A DNA stretch of 51,361 bases from Chloroflexota bacterium (GTDB lineage: Bacteria; Chloroflexota; Limnocylindria; Limnocylindrales; CSP1-4), in the NCBI GenBank assembly GCA_040882345.1, contig JBBEBL010000263.1:2264-53624 (forward strand), written 5' to 3'. Below the pieces are notes generated by a model that worked only from the letters and a program-made list of their open reading frames with translations, was not told where the DNA came from and ran no database searches. The translations under genes were made by a program, and so were the position numbers. Positions 46,864 through 51,361 of the stretch are shown one piece after another. Within the stretch, counting starts at the first letter, position 1; each line of letters begins with the position of its first letter.

Positions 46864-48129
46864 ATGGATCGCTCGCTGTGGGCCGTGCTGGCCGGGACGT
46901 TCACGCTCCGGTTCAGCACCGGACTCACGGGCGCGATGCTGGCGACCTACCTCGCCACCCTCCCCGACCACGGCGGCGAGCCGGTCAGTCCGGTCGTGGT
47001 CGGCATCTTCGCCGCGACCTTCTACGTCGCCGAACTCGTCCTGTCGCCCGTGTTCGGCATCCTGTCCGACCGCCTTGGGCACCACCGGATCATGCTCTAC
47101 GGTCCGGCCTTTGGTGCCGTGGCCGTGATCATCACGGGCCTGACGACGAACCTCGTCCTCCTGGGTGGCACGCGCTGGCTGGAGGGCGCATCCACCGCCG
47201 CCAGCGTCCCGTCCATCCTTGGCTACATCGCCATGGTCACGGCCAAGGACGCGGCGCTGCGCGGCAAGGCCTCCGCGCGGTTCGAGGGCGCGACGCTCCT
47301 CGGCCTGGGTGCCGGGTTCGCGGTCGCGCCCGTCCTCTTCGCCGCGATCGGGCCATCGGCCTTCTTCCTCAACGCCGTCATCTACGGGGGCTCGTTCGCC
47401 ATCTTCTGGATCGTGCAGGACCCGGCGGGCGAGGCCGCGTCCATCAAGGCGCCCCACGTCGGTCTCCGCCGGTACCTGCACCTGGTGCGCAGTGCCCACG
47501 TCTGGGTCCTGGCTCCCACCTGGATCGCCGTCAACGCCTCCATCGGGCTGTGGTTCAGCCAGTCCATCTTCCAGTTCGCGAAGGAGGATCCGCGCTTCCC
47601 CGATCAGACGCTGATGCAGGGTTTCAGCCCGGAGCAGATATCCGGCACGGCCGTCGTCATCGGGCTGATCTTCGGCGCGGGGCTGCTGTACTGGGGCAAC
47701 CGCTTCAAGTCGCTGCGCCGGACGACCATCATCCTGTACGGCGTGCTTGGCGGAGGGGCGCTGGTGGGTGCCGGTCTGGTCATCAACCACGCGGTGGGCG
47801 CCCCCATCGTCTTCGTCCTTGCCGCAGCGACCGTCGCCGCGTTCGGCCTGTTCGTCCTGGCCGGGGCAACGCCGGCCGCCCTGGGGCTCCTGGCCGACAT
47901 CTCGGAGCGCTTCCCCAACGACCGCGGCGCGATCATGGGCCTCTACTCCGTGTTCCTCGCGGTCGGCCAGATCATCGGGGCGATCGTGGGCGGATTCGCG
48001 GCTGAGGCGCGAGGGATCGACGGCATGCTCGTCGCGACCATCGTCCTGCTGGTGGTCGCCCTCGTCCCGCTGGCGCAGCTCCGGCGTGATGAGGAGGCGC
48101 TCGGCGTCGTGCCGACGGCACACTCGTGA
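46864..48129 (+). CDS. MFS transporter
   Basis: 421 aa, about 12 TM segments. The GILSDRLGHHRIM loop resembles MFS motif A. A TACCCT box at 46850-46855 lies 8 nt upstream of the ATG. Confidence 0.8.
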   Translation: MDRSLWAVLAGTFTLRFSTGLTGAMLATYLATLPDHGGEPVSPVVVGIFAATFYVAELVLSPVFGILSDRLGHHRIMLYGPAFGAVAVIITGLTTNLVLLGGTRWLEGASTAASVPSILGYIAMVTAKDAALRGKASARFEGATLLGLGAGFAVAPVLFAAIGPSAFFLNAVIYGGSFAIFWIVQDPAGEAASIKAPHVGLRRYLHLVRSAHVWVLAPTWIAVNASIGLWFSQSIFQFAKEDPRFPDQTLMQGFSPEQISGTAVVIGLIFGAGLLYWGNRFKSLRRTTIILYGVLGGGALVGAGLVINHAVGAPIVFVLAAATVAAFGLFVLAGATPAALGLLADISERFPNDRGAIMGLYSVFLAVGQIIGAIVGGFAAEARGIDGMLVATIVLLVVALVPLAQLRRDEEALGVVPTAHS

Positions 48130-49802
48130 GCGGGCGCCCGTGGACCCCCGTCCCGCTGGCTCGTGGCGCCAACGGCGCGGTCGTCGCCCCGCACCACCTG
48201 GCATCGGCCGCCGGCCTGCATGTCCTGCGGCTGGGCGGGTCGGCGGTGGACGCGGCGATCGCCACGAACGCCGTCCTGGGCGTGGTGATGCCCAGCGGCT
48301 GCGGGATCGGCGGCGACGCCTTCTGGCTCATCTGGGACGCGGCCGCCGGGATGCAGACCGCCCTGAACGGATCGGGGCGCGCCGCGGGCGCCGCCGATGC
48401 CGCGGCCCTGCGGGCCCGGGGTCTCACGACCATCCCGAAGCACGGGCCACTGTCCATCACGATCCCGGGCGCGGTCCGCTCCTGGGGCGACGCGCACGCG
48501 CGCCACGGACGACTGTCCCGCGACGTGATCCTGGCGCCGGCCATCCAGCTCGCCCGCGACGGCTTCCCGGCCTGGGACGGCTTCATCGCGGCCGTGGAGG
48601 CCACGGCGCCCCGTGTCGCGGCGGCGCTCGGGTCGGAGGCCGGGTTCTTCCCCGTCTATCGGCCCGAGGGTCGGCCGTGGCGATCGGGCGAACGTGTTCG
48701 CCTGCCGGCCCTGGCCGCGACGCTCGCCACCCTCGCGACCGACGGTTTCGACGCCTTCTACGACGGCGACCTCGGGGAGCAGCAGGCCCGCGGACTGGCC
48801 GGTGCCGGCTCGGCGATCACGGCCGCGGACCTGCGAGCCCATACCTCGACGTGGGAGGAGCCGATCGCGCTCGACTACCGTGGCGTTCGGGTCACGACCC
48901 ATCCACCCAACAGCTCCGGGATCGTGGCCCTGGAACTGCTCGGCATCCTGGGCCGGTTCGACGCACCGTCCGCGGAGGCCTTCGGGCCGGAGGGCGTGAC
49001 CGACGCGCGCTGGATCCATCTGGGCCTGGAGGCGGCCAAGCTCGCGATGGCGGACCGAGACGCGTATCTCACCGACCCGACGTTCCGCGACGTGCCGGTC
49101 GCGCATCTGCTGGACCCCTCGTACCACGACGAGCTCGCGCGCCGCATCGACGCGACGCGCGCGAGCCGTCCGCCCGCGGCCACCAACCCGCCCGGTGGCG
49201 GCACGATCTACCTCGCGGTCGTCGATGCGGCGGGGAACGCGGTCAGCCTCATCGAGTCGAACTACCTGGGGTTCGGATCGGGGGTGGTGGATCCGGACAC
49301 GGGCATCCACTACCAGGACCGGGGCAGCTACTTCAGCCTGGATCCGGCCCACCCGAACGTACTGGAGCCCGGGAAGCGGACGCTCCACACGCTGCTCCCC
49401 GGGATGCTGTTCCGGGACGGCCCGGGCGGGGAGTCGCGGCCGTGGATCGTGGCCGGCTCCATGGGTGGCGACGCGCAGCCGCAGATCCACGCCCAGTTCG
49501 TGTCCGCGGTGGTGGACGGGGGCGTGGATGTCCGCACGGCGGTCGCGGCACCGCGCTGGTACGTGGAACCAGCCGACCACTTCGCGCCACCAACGGACGT
49601 CCACCTGGAGCCTCGCCACGCGGCGGGCGTCGCCGAGGCCCTGGCCGCCATGGGGCACGACCTCGCCTCGACCGAGCCGTTCGATCCGAATCTGGGTCAC
49701 GGCCACGCGATCGAACTCGTGGACGGCGGACCGTCGACCCCGGGCGGCTCGCTGGCCGCCGCAACGGACCCGAGGAGCGCCGGCCTGCCCGCCGTCTGGT
49801 GA
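48126..49802 (+). CDS. ggt: Gamma-glutamyltransferase family (Ntn hydrolase)
   Basis: GGSAVDAAIATNAVLGVV..GGDAF..PPGGGTIYLAVVDAAGNAVSLIESN (autoprocessing Thr)..GSMGGDAQPQ. GTGA overlap with the MFS gene. Confidence 0.88.
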   Translation: MSGRPWTPVPLARGANGAVVAPHHLASAAGLHVLRLGGSAVDAAIATNAVLGVVMPSGCGIGGDAFWLIWDAAAGMQTALNGSGRAAGAADAAALRARGLTTIPKHGPLSITIPGAVRSWGDAHARHGRLSRDVILAPAIQLARDGFPAWDGFIAAVEATAPRVAAALGSEAGFFPVYRPEGRPWRSGERVRLPALAATLATLATDGFDAFYDGDLGEQQARGLAGAGSAITAADLRAHTSTWEEPIALDYRGVRVTTHPPNSSGIVALELLGILGRFDAPSAEAFGPEGVTDARWIHLGLEAAKLAMADRDAYLTDPTFRDVPVAHLLDPSYHDELARRIDATRASRPPAATNPPGGGTIYLAVVDAAGNAVSLIESNYLGFGSGVVDPDTGIHYQDRGSYFSLDPAHPNVLEPGKRTLHTLLPGMLFRDGPGGESRPWIVAGSMGGDAQPQIHAQFVSAVVDGGVDVRTAVAAPRWYVEPADHFAPPTDVHLEPRHAAGVAEALAAMGHDLASTEPFDPNLGHGHAIELVDGGPSTPGGSLAAATDPRSAGLPAVW

Positions 49803-49822
49803 GGGCCTGTGCGATACTCGGC

Positions 49823-49865
49823 GGACCGGTGGCGGGGAGCGCTCACACGACGCCGCCACCGGTCC
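49823..49865 (+). terminator. Perfect 13-bp GC-rich hairpin after ggt (terminator-like, no U tract)
   Basis: GGACCGGTGGCGG (49823-49835) pairs with CCGCCACCGGTCC (49853-49865) across a 17-nt loop. It starts 21 nt after the ggt stop. Confidence 0.45.
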
Positions 49866-49899
49866 CACCATCGCCCGACGTCTGTCGTGGAGGGAGCCC

Positions 49900-50172
49900 G
49901 TGACCTCGAACGTCAGCCAGAACTACCCGTACTCGAGTGAGCCGGAGCACGTTCGCGCCGCGACGGTCGCCCGCCTGGTCACCGAGCGGGAGGCGCTGGC
50001 CGCGACACTCGCAGCGGAGTCGACGCCGCTGGATACCAACGAGCGCTGGTGGGTCTGGAAGTGCCCCACCAAGGGATGTGCCGGCCTGCTCCACGCCGCG
50101 GGCTATGCGGCGGAGAAGCACGCCGTCTTCGTGGTCTGCGACGGGACCTGCGCAAAGACCTTCCTGCGCTGA
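49900..50172 (+). CDS. Small hypothetical protein (90 aa) with a C-terminal Cys4 zinc-ribbon-like motif
   Basis: GTG start with GGAGGGA 4 nt upstream. ..WWVWKCPTKGCAGLLHAAGYAAEKHAVFVVCDGTCAKTFLR (CxxxxC..CxxxC). The upstream portion of the track ORF overlaps ggt out of frame. Confidence 0.55.
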   Translation: MTSNVSQNYPYSSEPEHVRAATVARLVTEREALAATLAAESTPLDTNERWWVWKCPTKGCAGLLHAAGYAAEKHAVFVVCDGTCAKTFLR

Positions 50173-50186
50173 CGCGGCGCGTCCCT

Positions 50187-50987
50187 GTGGACGAGTCCAC
50201 GGACCCGTATCCGCGCCTGCGGCGCCGCCTGGTGACCGAGGCGCTCGGGATCGCGGTGTCCGCGATCGGCTTCGGGTTCGTGTACGGCCTGTCCGCCAGG
50301 GAGGCCGGGTTCTCGCCGATCGAGGCCATGGCGATGAGCACCATCGTCTTCGCCGGAGCCGCCCAGTTCGCCGCGGTGGGGTACGTGGCCAGCGGCCTCG
50401 CCTGGCCTGGGGTCCTGCTGCTCACGGCGCTCCTCAACGCGCGCCACCTGCTCTACTCCGCGGCCCTTGCCCCGTGGCTGCGCGACGTGCCGTTCGTCCG
50501 TCGTGCGGGTATGGCGCACATCCTGACGGACGAGGCGTTCGCCCTGTCCATCGGGCACTTCCGGCGCCTGGGGCAACCGGATGAGGGTGGCTACTGGTTG
50601 AGCGCCATCGGGTCCACCTTCATCCCGTGGAACCTCGCGACGCTGGCCGGGGTGCTGCTCGGCGGGGAGATCCCGGAGCCCGCCCGTTTCGGCATCGACA
50701 TCATCTTCCCGGCGGCGATGATCGGCCTGGCCGTCGGCCTCGTGACCGGACGGCGCGAGCTGGTCGCCGCCATCGCGGGCGCGGGTATCGGCGTGGTCAC
50801 GGCCCTGCTCACGAATCCAGCCATCGGCATCGTCATCGGCGGCCTGGCGGGACCCGCGCTGGGGCTCCTCGTCCCGGCGGCCGTCGCCCACGAGCAGGCG
50901 CCGCTGGGCACGGCCCGGTCCGCGGAGCGCTACTCGATGCCCGGCGCCCACCTGACCGACCAGGTGGATGATGAGGTCGTGCCGTGA
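50187..50987 (+). CDS. azlC: AzlC family branched-chain amino acid exporter subunit
   Basis: FGFVYGLSAREAGFSPIEAMAMSTIVFAGAAQFAAV..LLNARHLLYS. The start (GTG at 50187) is inferred. Confidence 0.8.
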   Translation: MDESTDPYPRLRRRLVTEALGIAVSAIGFGFVYGLSAREAGFSPIEAMAMSTIVFAGAAQFAAVGYVASGLAWPGVLLLTALLNARHLLYSAALAPWLRDVPFVRRAGMAHILTDEAFALSIGHFRRLGQPDEGGYWLSAIGSTFIPWNLATLAGVLLGGEIPEPARFGIDIIFPAAMIGLAVGLVTGRRELVAAIAGAGIGVVTALLTNPAIGIVIGGLAGPALGLLVPAAVAHEQAPLGTARSAERYSMPGAHLTDQVDDEVVP

Positions 50988-51328
50988 GCACGGACCTCGT
51001 CCTGCTTGCGGTCCTCATGTTCGGGGTGACGTACCCGTCCCGTGCGCTCGGCCTGCTCACGCCCGGCCTCGATCGGTTGCCCCGGGTTGCGCTCGACTAC
51101 CTGCAGCTCGTGGGGCCGGCCGTCCTGGCGGCGCTCGCCGCGGTCAACGTCATGGTCCGCCTTGACGACGCCGGGGTGCCGACCTTCGTGGTCGGCATCG
51201 AGTGGGTCGCCGTGCTCGCCTGCCTCGCCGTGACGGCCTGGCGGCGCAACCTCCTGCTGGGGCTGGCCGTGGCGGTCGGTCTCGTGATCGTGGCCCGTGC
51301 GACGGGGCTGGCGGCCCTGCCGGGGTAG
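50984..51328 (+). CDS. azlD: AzlD family branched-chain amino acid transport protein
   Basis: 114 aa, four hydrophobic helices (LLAVLMFGVTYPSRALGL). A 4-nt overlap with azlC gives the canonical azlCD pair. Confidence 0.8.
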   Translation: MSTDLVLLAVLMFGVTYPSRALGLLTPGLDRLPRVALDYLQLVGPAVLAALAAVNVMVRLDDAGVPTFVVGIEWVAVLACLAVTAWRRNLLLGLAVAVGLVIVARATGLAALPG

Positions 51329-51361
51329 GGACGGGCCGGCCGGGGGGGCAGGCCGGGGGGG

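Overview
This is a very GC-rich (about 70%) bacterial chromosomal window. It is densely packed with core-metabolism and translation genes. I saw no mobile elements, CRISPR arrays, prophage or recognisable defence genes.

Gene content, left to right:
- dnaX (5' part, not in the ORF track), a long Bacillus-type SRP RNA, two tRNA-Ser genes and a TadA-like deaminase.
- A phosphofructokinase, an oxidoreductase, an MFS transporter, tRNA-Arg(GCG) and tRNA-Ser(GCU).
- A translationally coupled operon encoding all seven shikimate-pathway steps plus chorismate mutase and GluQRS (6391-14366, + strand).
- A convergent trp operon, trpE-G-D-(C-F-B fusion)-A (21318-14381, - strand).
- A small Cys4 protein, tRNA-Ser(UGA), and serS, class I lysK and greA.
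- argR, uppP, a membrane H+-pyrophosphatase, lepB and two unexplained membrane proteins.
- ndk, an M16 peptidase and a purine permease.
- coaX-coaBC-panB-panC, a Pta-N-terminal-like protein, gdh and degV.
- A second MFS transporter, ggt and azlCD.

Observations most worth follow-up:
1. The TadA homologue has Val in place of the catalytic Glu (HAE to HAV). A tRNA-Arg with a G34 (GCG) anticodon lies 3.4 kb away.
2. An 11-codon F-Y-F leader peptide and an intrinsic terminator sit upstream of the aro operon.
3. A canonical T-box (UGG specifier, UGGC bulge, terminator) sits upstream of trpE.
4. TrpC, TrpF and TrpB are fused into one 942-aa protein.
5. At least eight genes have a TAnnnT box 7-10 nt upstream of the start codon, suggesting leaderless mRNAs.
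6. greA has a structured leader with an internal terminator.
7. Two long spacers share motifs I cannot explain.
8. An orphan, degenerate NuoN/MrpD-like membrane protein follows lepB.

No searches or folding programs were run. All family assignments rest on motifs read by eye.
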